From: Octopus sinensis
Taxonomy: Eukaryota
NCBI RefSeq assembly: GCF_006345805.1
Contig: NW_021834959.1
Span: 1 to 43,350 of the forward strand
DNA length: 43,350 nt
Reading direction: 5' to 3'
The position numbers and the translations under genes are program-made. Below, one piece after another: positions 1-11,349 of the stretch (position 1 is its first letter; each line of letters begins with the position of its first letter). Below the pieces are notes generated by a model. It worked only from the letters and a program-made list of their open reading frames with translations, was not told where the DNA came from and searched no databases.

Positions 1-29
1 ATATATATATATATAAATATATATGATCC

Positions 30-194
30 GGAGGCACATGGCCTAGTGGTTAGAACAGCGGACTCGCGGTCGAGGGATCGCGGTTCGAATCTCAGACCGA
101 GTGATGTGTGTGTTTATGGGCGAAACACCTACACGCGGCTCCGGCAGAAGGTAATGGCGAACTTCTGCTGACTCTTTCGAGAAAGAACAAACAA
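30..194 (+). mobile_element. tRNA-derived SINE, family B, internally deleted copy
   Basis: Head has A box TGGCCTAGTGG and B box GGTTCGAATCT. It matches the copy at 25478-25916 (-) but jumps from ctcttttcg directly to the 3' end gagaaagaacaaacaa. Confidence 0.85.
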
Positions 195-203
195 TACATT
201 CCT

Positions 204-384
204 CTCGTCCCCAAAATGAGAATTCAGTTCATTGGTCACTGTTTTAACAGCGTTGTCCAGATCAAGATTGAATTGCAGTAGGTCCTCGACTTGCTTCCGG
301 AAAACGACTTCCAGGCCGGATTCCAAAAAGTGGCTGGAACGTTGGAACCAGAGTATTGCGGCACAAGGTGACTCTTTCGAAGAT
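204..384 (+). pseudogene. Tc1/mariner transposase C-terminal relic
   Basis: Translates as LVPKMRIQFIGHCFNSVVQIKIELQ*VLDLLPENDFQAGFQK/WLERWNQSIAAQGDSFED (1 stop, 1 frameshift), matching the mariner C-terminus pattern F..W..RW..CI...GDYFE. Confidence 0.75.
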
Positions 385-435
385 TATGTGAAAACTTAAC
401 TAAATAAGTTAGCTTTTATTAAACTTAACTAGACC

Positions 436-644
436 CTCTTTTACTCTTTAACTTGTTTCAATCATTTGACTGTGGCCATGCTGGAGCACCGCCTTTAGTC
501 GAGCAAATCGAGCCCAGGGCTTATTTTTTTGGAAGCCTAGTACTTATTCTATCGGCCCTTTTGCGGAATCGCTAAGTTACGGGGACGTAAACACACCACC
601 ATCGGTTGTCAAGCAATGTTGGGGGGACAAACACAGACACACAA

Positions 645-695
<51 letters not shown>

Positions 696-861
696 TACGA
701 CGGGACTCTTTCAGTTAACGTCTACCAAATACACTCACAAGGCTTTGGTCGGCCCGAAGCTATAGTAGAAGACACTTGCCCAAGGTGCCACGCAGTGGGA
801 CTGAACCCGGAACCGTGTGGTTCGTAAGCAAGCAACTTACGACACAGCCACTGCTGCGCCT
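436..861 (-). mobile_element. tRNA-derived SINE, family C (CORE-like accttgggcaagtgtctt), full length, internal (TA)n(TG)n tract
   Basis: Colinear with 23201-23617 (+). Has the tRNA-like head, internal microsatellite at about 632-695 and (gtaaaaga)n-like tail. Confidence 0.9.
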
Positions 862-1624
862 GCTTACCACACAGTCACTTATATACATGTATATATACAC
901 AAACATACACAGACACCTTCAAACAGACGTACAATACGTAAGCAATGGCTGCCATTCAACGAAAGGTGATTTAACGTTGAGTAACAGGAACATGAACTTC
1001 TCGATTAATATTAGTGCTAGTGAGAAGTTTGTACCTCTCTCTCAACCCCCCCCCTCACTCTCTCTGAATCTCTCTTACTTTCCCTCTTTTTCTCTCTCAC
1101 TTTCCCTCTCTTTCTCTCTCCATATCTTCCTCTCCCCCTCTCACTCCGTCTGTCCGTATTGACACAGACACATCCACTTCACACTTCTGTTAATTAATAT
1201 GTCCGTATCGCTAATGCTCACTATTCAGCCCCGTTTCATTCACTAGTGGCCATTGCTTATGTAGTGATAAACTTGTAGCCAGCCGTGCTATTTGTCAGTG
1301 TTTCGAATCCCACCGGGAGTTCCGTTTGTAAAACCAATATTTTTATTTATTTTCTTATCATATTTACTCTTCTCTCCTGCTCTCCTTCTCACAATAAGTC
1401 TCTTTACAATCTTCGTTTTCTCTTTCCCCTATCACCTCCACTCTACCCACTTTTCTCTTTATATCTTTTGTTTGTCTTTCATTTCTCTTGAAACGTAAAT
1501 CGAAGTACTCAACGCAATTACTCTATTTCTGAACTTGTTAGCAGCAAACAATGACCGTCTGTCTACTGCAGGGTTAACCGATATTTTTCATACAATGTTC
1601 CACGAGGAATACTCTCTGTTTCCA

Positions 1625-2163
1625 TACATGTGTGTGTCTGTGTGTGAGTACATACACATCTACATGTATATATATGCATATGTATATATATATATATTTA
1701 CATATATATGTATAAATATATGTGCTTGTGTTTGTACATATATATGCATATATATGTGTACATATATATGTACGTATATATATTCACATGCATGTATATA
1801 TTTACATTATACATATATATGTATATACATATATATATGTATGCATATATACATATATGTGTGTATATACAAATATATATATATACATGTGTGTATGTTT
1901 GTGTGTGCATATATATATATGTATATATATACATATATATATATACATATATATATGTATATACATATATATATATACAATATATATGTATATACACATA
2001 TATACATATATATACATATACATATATATATATACACATATATATATACATATATATATATATATATTCACGTGTCCACTTTTTCCCATTACGTTCTCTC
2101 TGACGCCCATCCAAAGGCTCCTTATTTATTTTATTTTATTTTATAATATCATTTTATATAACT

Positions 2164-2197
<34 letters not shown>

Positions 2198-2210
2198 ATA
2201 TATTTGTATA
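1625..2210. repeat. Compound (TA)n/(TATG)/(CA) microsatellite
   Basis: Direct inspection. Confidence 0.95.
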
Positions 2211-2465
2211 TTTTTACTTTAATTTTTCTCCCTTTCCTGTTTGTACCGTTCAAATCCCGCTAATGTAGTAACTTTCTCTTCCTGTTGAGAAAATTATTTT
2301 CAATGTACTTCCGGCATATCCGAATGTGACCTCCATATGTAAATATATGTAAATATATTGACCTTTCCACAATTCCCCGAACATACTTTAATTTAGATTT
2401 CACTTATTTGTTATATTTTTTTTGTTTTGCTTTTCCCTATCCTTCATTACCTATCTGTATTTCGA

Positions 2466-2473
2466 AATCATCC

Positions 2474-2512
<39 letters not shown>

Positions 2513-2722
2513 CTATTATTAGTTGTAGTAGTATTATCATTATTATTATCATTATTATTATTATTATTATTATTGTTATTATTATTATTATTATTATTGT
2601 TATTATTATTATTATTATTATTATTGTTATTGTTATTGTTATTATTATTATTATTATTATTGTTATTGTTATTATTATTATTGTTATCATTATTATTATT
2701 ATCATTATTACTATTATAATTA

Positions 2723-2771
<49 letters not shown>

Positions 2772-2790
2772 TATATTATTATTATTACTA
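2466..2790. repeat. (CAT)n grading into (ATT)n/(GTT) microsatellite
   Basis: Direct inspection. Confidence 0.95.
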
Positions 2791-3359
2791 GTGACCGCAC
2801 ACCTTTCTTCAGACCTTTCTCTCCACCTCTTTTCTTCCCGCCTTCTTCTTTACGATCGTGTTTGTAGCTAATGTTGTTGATCGTATTTGCCGTCTTGTCC
2901 TTGTTGAAGCCAGTTTGCAACGGATTTGCAATCTACTTCCGCAATGTGACAGAGGAGATATAGCTAAACGGGAAGATTAGCATATAAGTCAATATGTGTG
3001 TGTATATGTGTGTGCTTGAGTGAGTGTCAACACGCGATTATTTGTGTGCTTTGTGTGTTTTGTGTACGTATGTGTGTATGAATGTATATATGTGTCTAAA
3101 GAGTGGGAAAAAAGAAAGAGGATGGAAGGGTGGTTAAGACGTTGAATTTGTTCATAATAACGAAGGTTCCAGGTTCGATATCAACATGGGGTTATTTTGG
3201 CTGAGCATCTTCACCAGAATTTTTGGATGATTTGTAGCATATTGTGATTGGAGTTCAATACATACGCACACATATACATACACACACACACATACACCAC
3301 ACACACAAATCTTTTTCAGGGGTAAAAAAAAAATTATGAATAATGTCGTGTATACATTG

Positions 3360-3567
3360 ATTTCAAGTTTTGGCACAGGGCCAACAGTTACGAGGGTGGG
3401 ATAACTCGATTGCATCGACCCAGCAGTAAACAGGAACACATTTCATCGACCTCGAAAGGATGAAAAGCTAGGTGAACCAAAGTGAATTTGAACTCAGAAC
3501 GTAAGGACGACAAAATGTCGCTAAGCATCTTGCCCAGTGTGTAACAGTTCTACCATTTCGCTACCCA
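3360..3567 (-). mobile_element. Diverged family A SINE
   Basis: atcgacctcgaaaggatgaaaagc...gaatttgaactcagaacgtaa...gctaagcatc is the reverse complement of the family A core and head. Confidence 0.7.
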
Positions 3568-3582
3568 AATAATAATAATAAT

Positions 3583-4161
3583 AAATGCCCTGATGCAGTA
3601 CCAGGCAGTGGCTCTCATGGCTTCTGATCTTAACTGATTGGAAGTGTTATCATGTACATTGTTTTGTCTTGGTATAAAAGATGGGCTACAGCAAATATTC
3701 TGCTCAATACCATAGATTTGCTTGTCAGTTGCTTGACCTTAACCAGTTGAGCATGTCCCTTAGTGGCTGACGATATGTGCATCTCTGATCACGAGCAGAA
3801 GTAGTGGGGGAGCATCATAGACATGTGTTGAGAGGGATTCTTTAGGGTTTGAATAATTCACCTCTGGAAGCATGGGTGGTTCTTTCAACATCCTTAAACA
3901 ACCCTTATTCAGGGACCTTTTGAGCGGGATGGGCTACTTAACCTGAAGAAAATATAACTGGGCCCCACCTGCAAGGTCATGTGCTGTTTATCTTGATATG
4001 AGTTCCCATGTCGCGCACAATGGTTGTGATGCATGTGCCTGGTGTACCCTTATCAGACGGGTAGTCATGATGGGTGTATGGGGCTTCGTATATTTTACCC
4101 AGTGTCACTTGATGGCACTGCATCTCTCACTCAATAATAATAATAATAATAATAATAATAA
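3583..4161 (+). mobile_element. Family E headless interspersed element (~550 bp plus (AAT)n tail)
   Basis: Aligns end to end with 19683-20279 (-). Both copies start at aaatgccctgatgcagtacc after (AAT)n and end ctctcactc(AAT)n. Confidence 0.85.
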
Positions 4162-4298
4162 TCCTTTTTACTATAGGCACAAGGCCTGAAATTTTGAGAG
4201 AGGGGGATAATCGATTATATCGACCTCAGTACTCATCTGGTACTTATTTTATCGACCCCACAAGGATGAAAGGCAAATAGACCTCTGGTGGGGAATTT
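4162..4298 (-). mobile_element. Family A SINE, A2 tail variant, 3' part
   Basis: ataggcacaaggcctgaaatt...atcgacc...ggatgaaaggcaaa matches 31561-31728 and 22231-22449. Confidence 0.75.
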
Positions 4299-4334
4299 GC
4301 CATTAAAGAGGCGATAATCTTTTCTCTGTTATAT

Positions 4335-4551
4335 ATACGACGGAAGTTAAAAGCTGTCTACATTTTCGCCATAACATGTCTTTATTATTGTCACACTGCC
4401 TTCTGCGCATGCGTGCTTATAGTCGGTACTATTGTGATTACGTGATCGAAGTTTGAGCCCCACCACGCAATTTTCGTTCGGGCTTTACAGAATAAGCATG
4501 ACCGCTCCACTAGTGATGTTCATCAAAGAAGAACAAAGAGCAGTGATTTGA
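4335..4551 (+). mobile_element. Mariner 5' end: putative TIR start plus transposase N-terminus
   Basis: TA|CGACGGAAGTTAAAA start; ATG at 4498 gives MTAPLVMFIKEEQRAVI*, like mariner N-termini M.APL..CTKEEQRAVIRFL. Confidence 0.65.
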
Positions 4552-4762
4552 GAGATTGCTGAATCTTCTCGTCATTGGCAGAGGTTGGCGGGCATCCTGC
4601 TCTCTTTTCTTGCGTCACGCTTGTCCGGCCACTTTTAAACTTCTCGATCCACTCACACCCATTCATACGAGATAGTGCACTGTCCCATATTCTGCTAAAA
4701 GCCTCCGATGAACTTCAAAACCTGACACATTCTGACCAGAGAAGTCGGATCACTGCTCTTGA
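4552..4762 (-). pseudogene. Continuation of the same mariner transposase (HTH region), inverted
   Basis: Minus strand reads SRAVIRLLWSE/VSGFEVHRRLLAEYG/DSALSRMNGCEWIEKFKSGRTSVTQEKRAGCPPTSANDEKIQQ with 2 frameshifts. Confidence 0.8.
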
Positions 4763-5066
4763 TATATGTATATATACGTATACATATATATATATATCAA
4801 GATTAATCAGCCGAAATTGGGAGGATGATCCGGTTCTTGACTGAAGATTAGAGGCTTCGAATGACCCGTCCGTTTGTTGTGTCCTCTTTTTCAGTGTTTT
4901 GCGTTCTTGACCCATTTTGTATTTTTATATATATTTTTATATATATATAAGTCCAGCAAAACTTAGATCCAGATGAATATGGTACTTAACTTAAAGGCAC
5001 CAGAATTTGGTATGGTATTATCCATATAAATGAAATGGGGTGATTATAATCAAAATAAGCAACAAG

Positions 5067-5159
5067 GATATCCAAGGTAGTGTAGTACAATCGTTTCATG
5101 CTACTTCATTTTATTAAACACTGTAATTATTACATCAGTACTACATTACCTTGGATATC
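5067..5159 (-). other. 22-bp inverted repeat enclosing a degenerate hammerhead-like core
   Basis: Arms 5067-5088 and 5138-5159 are 21/22 complementary. Minus-strand interior reads CTGATGT...catGAAACgattGTA. Confidence 0.55.
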
Positions 5160-5423
5160 ATCCCCATACCATCTCTTGACAAGCGATGTTATATAAATAC
5201 ACACACACACATATATATTTATATATAATTATATATATATGTATATATGCATGTATGTATATATTTGAGCGTATGGATGCATGTCTATATGCATGTATGC
5301 ATGCTGAGAGAAGAAGAGAGAAGAGTTACGCTGAAGGAGATAGACACAGATATAAAAATATATGTATATATATAAGTAGTATATATTAAATATATATATA
5401 TATATATATAATAATATATAATC

Positions 5424-5444
<21 letters not shown>

Positions 5445-5454
<10 letters not shown>

Positions 5455-5489
5455 CAAAGGAATTCCAACTCTGTTTTTTTTATGTTTTA
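5445..5489 (+). repeat. Left arm of ~45-bp inverted repeat
   Basis: atatattattcaaaggaattccaactctgttttttttatgtttta; the reverse complement is at 6249-6291 and differs only in T-run length. Confidence 0.9.
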
Positions 5490-5882
5490 ATTATATTCTT
5501 TATAATATTAATGTAGAATATAGAATATATAGTATAAATAGTATATATAGTAAAATGAAATGAAGTATTGATTGTCTTATTGAATAGATGAAATATTGAA
5601 TATCAATTATTAAGGGACTAGTATACTTTCTTGCATTTAAGCAGCCTTCAAGGTCCCAGGTTGTGACAGGGATGTTTCAACTGTAGTTGACTGCCTGTCT
5701 TTTGTCCTTTATATACGTTCCTGTGGACAGCAGTAGTAGTTGTTTGGCTATTTTTAGAGATGATGCCAAACCATTTTTCAATGTTTATTTTTAGAAATGA
5801 TGACAGCAGTACGTTTTAGAGTTTTTTTGTGTTTTAGTTATAGGGATAAGATTTTTAAACCCCAAATAAGTTTAATTTAATC

Positions 5883-6208
5883 ACTGTTTGTTAAGTTTGG
5901 GTTTGAGTTTCTTAATAAAGTCCCTTTTCTCTCAGTTTTCTCTCAATTTCATTCAGGTTGTAAAGTTTATGAAATGGGAATATCATAAAAGTTTTCCAAC
6001 CACATGTTGCCAAATGGTTACTCAGTGGTATTTGGCGGACTTCTGGTTTCCAATTTGTTGTCGATGCACACGTGAGCGTTCTCAAAGTGCATTACCTGTC
6101 TGGCCAACATACAGTTCTTCACAATTTGGGCATTTGATGCAGTAGATTAAATTTCTGCTTTTGCAGTTCGTGTTCGTGTTTGTGAATATTTTCCCTGTTT
6201 TTGTGTTC
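5883..6208 (-). pseudogene. Penelope-like element GIY-YIG endonuclease relic
   Basis: FLNTKTGKIFTNTNTNCKSRNLIYCIKCPNCEELYVGQTGNAL*ERSRVHRQQI/EVRQIPLSNHLATCGWKTFMIFPFHKL...RKLREK/DFIKKLKPKLN shows the IY-x-C-x2-C-x3-YVG motif and a terminal L.P.LN. Confidence 0.85.
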
Positions 6209-6248
6209 AAAAACGTATAAAAATATATAAATAAAACATATGTATAAA

Positions 6249-6291
6249 TAAAACATAAAAAACAGAGTTGGAATTCCTTTGAATAATATAT
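6249..6291 (-). repeat. Right arm of ~45-bp inverted repeat
   Basis: Reverse complement of 5445-5489. Confidence 0.9.
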
Positions 6292-6326
6292 ATCCCTCTG
6301 TACACAATCATACAAACCCCTTTATT

Positions 6327-6375
<49 letters not shown>

Positions 6376-6501
6376 ATGTAAGTATTGTAAGTATGTATGT
6401 ATATATGCATGTGTGTACGTACGTATGTACGTATATATATATATATATATATATATGGAAAATAGTCTTTACTTTAAACAACTGTTACTAAATATCTCAC
6501 T

Positions 6502-6568
6502 TTGAGATTCGAACCCGCGATCCCTCGATCGCCAGTCCGCTGCTCTAACCACTAGGCCATGTACCTCC
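6502..6568 (-). mobile_element. Family B SINE tRNA-like head only
   Basis: Near-identical to the head at 25850-25916. Confidence 0.85.
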
Positions 6569-7036
6569 ACTATTCATTGTAATCAGATGGGTCAAAACTC
6601 TGTCAGTTTGGCATCAAAGGCTACCAATATATCAAAACAGACTTCGAACCTTCTTTACCTTTACGTTTCGTGGAAATTGTATGCACGTTTAAAAGTTTGG
6701 AACACTGATGATCTTCATTTCTTGTCGACCACCAATAACATTAGTGATGATCACTAATTTTATATTACTGATTGTTATGAACATTTAATCTTGTCAATAT
6801 TCTAACTTTTTAATATGTTTTTTCTTATTCATAGTTCTAAATTTGTTGAAACTATTTTGGGATATATGTCAATAAATTCATTTTAAAACAATTACAAGTT
6901 TTTTCAAATTTGGGTGCATTTTCAAACAACAAATTTGCCCATATTTTTTCCTTCCGGGAAATGCAACCCCTCTTTTGATATCTAAGTATATATATGTATG
7001 TATATATATAATATATATATATATATATAATATATG

Positions 7037-7067
<31 letters not shown>

Positions 7068-7244
7068 TATAATATTGTATAGTATGTATGTATGTATGTA
7101 TACACAATACCTTTAAGGTATTTTTTGATATGCTGGCTGGCCATTGATAGAATTTTTTTCGAAAAATTTTATCCTATATTAGATGTATAATAATATATGT
7201 AGTATATGAATATATGTTTTATATATATCTATAGAGAGAGATAT

Positions 7245-7275
<31 letters not shown>

Positions 7276-7393
7276 TATAGATAAGATAGAATAGATACAT
7301 AAAAATATATATACACATACATATATATCGACACATATGTATTCCCTTACTACATAATACAACACACATACATACATATATATATAATATATA

Positions 7394-7426
<33 letters not shown>

Positions 7427-8074
7427 AGTGGGCACTCTCCAAACACAGCACACACGATCAATTCGGTGGCAAGTAGGACTGATTGACACACGTACAAGAC
7501 ATAGACAGAAATATAGAGAAACACACACACACATTCACATGAGCCACGCTCGTACTAGTGCTTCCACGCCATTATCTCTCGGCCAATTATTTAGGTGTCG
7601 CTCTGAATCAGCAGTTTGATCGTTCATGTCAGCATTAAATAACACCTCGAATTAACATCACGCACACACTCACACACACACACACAGGCGCACACACACA
7701 CATACACACATGCACACATACACGCACATGCACGCGAATATAGACACAGGCACACGCTCACACATACGCATTTGTGTACAAACATACATGCGTGTATATA
7801 TATTATATATATATAAATATATACACACACGCATACATGCACATATATATATGTATATATGCGTATAACTATATATATGTGTGCATGTCTGTGTGTGTAT
7901 GTAAAGGAGAGAGAGAGACAGACATACACAATACATTATATATATGTGTGCGTGTGTGTGTGCGCACACACACATATATATATACACGTATATATACACA
8001 TATATATACACACACATATAGGGATAGATGGATATGCAGATAGAGAAAAAGATAAACATATGTGTGTATGTATG

Positions 8075-8107
<33 letters not shown>

Positions 8108-8599
8108 GTGTGTGTGTATGTATGTATGTATGTATGTATGTATGTATGTATGTGTGTATATATGTATGTATGTATGTATGTGTGTATGTATGTATGAGGT
8201 ACGGGAACAGACAGAACGCACACATATACAGAGGCATATCTCGTGCGAATATACACAGGAGGTCCTCACACACTCACACAGTCATACACATACATACATC
8301 TACATCCACAAGCTGCATACGCCATCAATAATCTCATCCAAGCATTACATATGAACCCATAATTATATATATACACACATGCCACAAACACACATATACA
8401 CACACGTGCCTGTAACATAGCACACTTTCACATACGGCACACTACTAATCTAAGTAACGCTTACAAATCTATGTACATGCACTGAAATATGTTAACACAG
8501 ACACACACACACAAACACACACACACACACACACACACAGACTCACACAATCACATATACAAACACTCAGGCGAATCAAATCAGTCTTGCACCTCTTCT

Positions 8600-8692
8600 A
8601 GTAACTGGATCAACGGAACAAACTATTCATTAATTTAACGCCTAAGTGGCTGAGTATACCAAGGAGACATATACCATTAACGTAAATCTCAG
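8600..8692 (-). mobile_element. Diverged family F SINE 3' tail fragment
   Basis: gatcaacggaaca...ttaacg...tggctgag...ttaacgta matches the reverse complement of about 21815-21900. Confidence 0.6.
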
Positions 8693-8830
8693 TATGTTGT
8701 TTGTACGTCTGTTCATGTGTGTGTGAGTGTATTTGAAATATGTGTATATGTATATATGTGTTTGTTTGTTTGCATGTGTATATGTATATATATATATATA
8801 TATATAATATATATATATATATCACATATA

Positions 8831-9043
8831 GCCGTGAGCTGGCAGAATCGTTAGCACTCCTGGTGAAATGCTTAGTGGTATTTCGTCTGCCGCTACGTTC
8901 TGAGTTCAAATTCCGCCGAGGTCGACTTTGAATTTCATCCTTACGGGATCGATTAAACAAGTACCAGTTATGCACTGGGATCGATGTAATCGACTTTATC
9001 CCTTTGTCCTTGTTTGCCCCCTCCGTGTTTAGCCCCCTGTGGG

Positions 9044-9050
<7 letters not shown>
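8831..9050 (+). mobile_element. Family A SINE (A1 tail)
   Basis: Colinear with 40381-40612. Core is gaggtcgacttt..tttcatcc..cgat..aagtaccag, which by recall resembles the MetaSINE central domain. Confidence 0.9.
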
Positions 9051-9083
<33 letters not shown>

Positions 9084-9460
9084 CGTAAAATATATACTTT
9101 TAACTTCCGTTTTTCCTTATAGGAATCGAAAAGTAAATTAAGTACAAGGCTGCAAATGGTAGTGCTCACGTAAAACCGAGAGAAAAGACAAACGTAATTC
9201 AAAAATAAACAACATACCGTTTTTTAACGTGTATAAAGGAACCCTTTTTCTTCTAAAATTAGGTTTAAAAAATATGGGATGTTCTTATAGATGGATAGTA
9301 CTATAATCCCTCACAAAATTTTTTTTCCAAATTTTAATCCCCAAAAGTTAGGAAGTGCCTTATACACGAGGTTTGACGAGGCTTCCTTATACACATTAAA
9401 ATATATAATAATGATGGATTGCCAGAACGGGAAACCTCTCTAGTGAAGATATATTTTTTT

Positions 9461-9541
9461 GTCCTGATGAAGGGCCCACTGCCAATTTGGTGTTTTAATG
9501 TGTAATGGATTGCAGCAGTGGCTCATGAAACGGCCGTAGAC
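9461..9541 (+). ncRNA. Type I hammerhead ribozyme motif (PLE-type, palindromic stem III)
   Basis: gtc|CTGATGA|ag-ggc ccactgc...gcagtgg ctc at|GAAAC ggcc GTA|gac. Canonical core, 7-bp perfect stem II core, ACGGCCGU palindrome, 3-bp stem I. Confidence 0.65.
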
Positions 9542-9758
9542 TTGGATTTATTCTTACATTATTCCGGATTCCTTTTTCTTTTGGACTTGACAATGGATGT
9601 TTTGACCGATTCACTTTACGCTTAATAGTCTAACTATACAATTTTTAATCGCCTCGCTATATTCTTTCATATTTTCATATACTTTCATACTTTCAATATG
9701 TGTGTGTGTTTGTGTGTGTCTGTGTGTGTGTTTGTGTGTGCGTCTATGTTTGTGTGTT

Positions 9759-9806
<48 letters not shown>

Positions 9807-9808
9807 AA

Positions 9809-10040
9809 GGCGGGCGAGCTGGCAGAAACGTTAGCACGCGGGGCGAAATGCGTAGCCGCATTTCGTCTGCCGTTACGTTCTGGGTTCAAATTCCGCCGAG
9901 GTCGACTTTGCCTTTCATCCTTTCGGTGTCGATAAATTAAGTACCACTTACGCACTGGGGTCGATGTAATCAACTTAATCCGTTTGTCTGTCTTTGTTTG
10001 TCCCCTCTGTGTTTAGCCCCTTATGGGTAGTAAAGAAATA
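9809..10040 (+). mobile_element. Family A SINE (A1), full length, within (TA)n
   Basis: Head ggcgggcgagctggcagaaacgttagc through tail gtagtaaagaaata. Confidence 0.92.
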
Positions 10041-10047
10041 TATATAT

Positions 10048-10098
<51 letters not shown>

Positions 10099-10109
10099 TT
10101 GTGTGTATG

Positions 10110-10320
10110 TATGTATTTATTTTGTTGACCAGTTAATCACTACACATTTTTTCTCTCTCCCTTGTTTTTCCTCTCCTTTCTTCCTCTTAAGCCTTTCTGT
10201 CGAGGAGCGTAGGCTCGAAACGTCAAAGACTTTTCCATTCTTCCCGAGCGTTAAGCTAATACACCTGCTTGTTGTTCCTTCACCTGTCGTCGTCGTTTTT
10301 TTTCTGTGAAGTTGAACTAT
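10110..10320 (+). mobile_element. Family D element copy 1 (hammerhead-like motif 10191-10230)
   Basis: gccttt CTGTCGA g gagc gtag gctc GAAA cGTC aaagac; body matches the other D copies. Confidence 0.75.
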
Positions 10321-10324
10321 AAAT

Positions 10325-10757
10325 AGCGATGGCTCCCTCACGGGAAACCCAATGAAGATAAATGAAATACTGAAAGAACAGTTCCAAAGTGTGTTCGCTA
10401 CACCTCTGGGATACAGGCAAGTGATCATACCAGCAGAATACTTTGCCACTTTACCTGTAACCAAAGAGGCGAAAATTGATTTCATCAACATTAAAGAAGA
10501 TCTTACACTGGCCATAGATGAAGATGATACAACCTCAGCTGCTGGTCATGATGGATTTCCAGCGGCCCTTCTCAAATCGTGCAAACGAACCGTGGCAAAA
10601 TCACTGCAGCTTCTTTTTCAGAGCTTTCCTGCAAGTGATAAGCTCCCAGACAAACTAAAAGAAGGGATAATATGCCCTAACCTTAAGGGAAGAAGCAGAT
10701 CAGATGCTAAAAATTATAGGCCTATCTCTCTGACATCACACATCAGCATAGTCATGT
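10325..10757 (+). pseudogene. CR1/L2-like LINE ORF2 fragment (linker and start of RT)
   Basis: Open frame ...EILKEQFQSVF...SAAGHDGFPAALLKSC...LQLLFQ...EGIICPNLKGRSRSDAKNYRPISLTSHI shows the G.DG and NYRPISLTS motifs. Confidence 0.85.
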
Positions 10758-11272
10758 ACAGAAACATGTACCTACAGTTGATCAAAGAACGAAGAGGAAA
10801 TAAAAACGAAGAGAAAAAAATCAGCCACTTTTTTCTATAATAAAATATGATCCGTAACCTGTAATTGTCACACGCATTCATTGTCAAGCTAGCTCCGTCT
10901 TCTACGCTGAGAATTGAACGAATGTTAGGAGCAATCGCGGAATAAACAACTTCAATTCAATGAATCGGTCGTCTATTTGATCGAATAACTGAACTTACTC
11001 ATCGTGAAAACTGCCGGAGTATCCGTGTGTTTGTGTGTGTGTGTGTGTGTATGTGTGTGTGTGTGTGGTGTGTGTGTGTGTGTGTGTGTTGAAAGAGACA
11101 TAGACGGAGCTGGGAAAGACTGCGTGTGGAAGACATGCATGTCAGATTCGGGGTTTTTCAATTTGCTTACATAACCGAATGAACCGGCTGTCACCTTAGA
11201 TTTGGTTGTCCATATCACTTTCTAACCACAAAACTACTACAATACACGAGCGCGTATTTGCCAACATCGTTG

Positions 11273-11300
11273 CTTCCTGTGACGTCACCTCCGCCCCGCC
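11273..11300. promoter_or_regulatory. Clustered ETS-like, CRE and GC-box motifs
   Basis: CTTCCTG / TGACGTCA (11280-11287) / CCGCCCCGCC (11291-11300) within 28 bp in a locally CpG-rich patch. Motif match only. Confidence 0.25.
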
Positions 11301-11349
11301 ATCGACAGCAATAATGACAGAAACAACAACACCGTCAGCGCTATCACCA

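Noticed and set aside
2871-2963. Signal-peptide-like mini-ORF MLLIVFAVLSLLKPVCNGFAIYFRNVTEEI*
   Set aside because: Only 30 codons, no good donor site; expected by chance in T-rich DNA.
3583-3860. HDV-like ribozyme at the family E 5' end (gccctga:ttagggt P1 with G-U)
   Set aside because: I could not build P1.1/P3/L3, and the pairing is weaker in copy 2; left as a computational test.
4838-4875. CTGAAGA followed by cgaatgacccgtc
   Set aside because: No GAAA and no consistent stems.
9215-9375. pogo/Tigger-like MITE remnants (taccgt...gtgtataa, cttatacac)
   Set aside because: Too decayed to define paired TIRs or a TSD.
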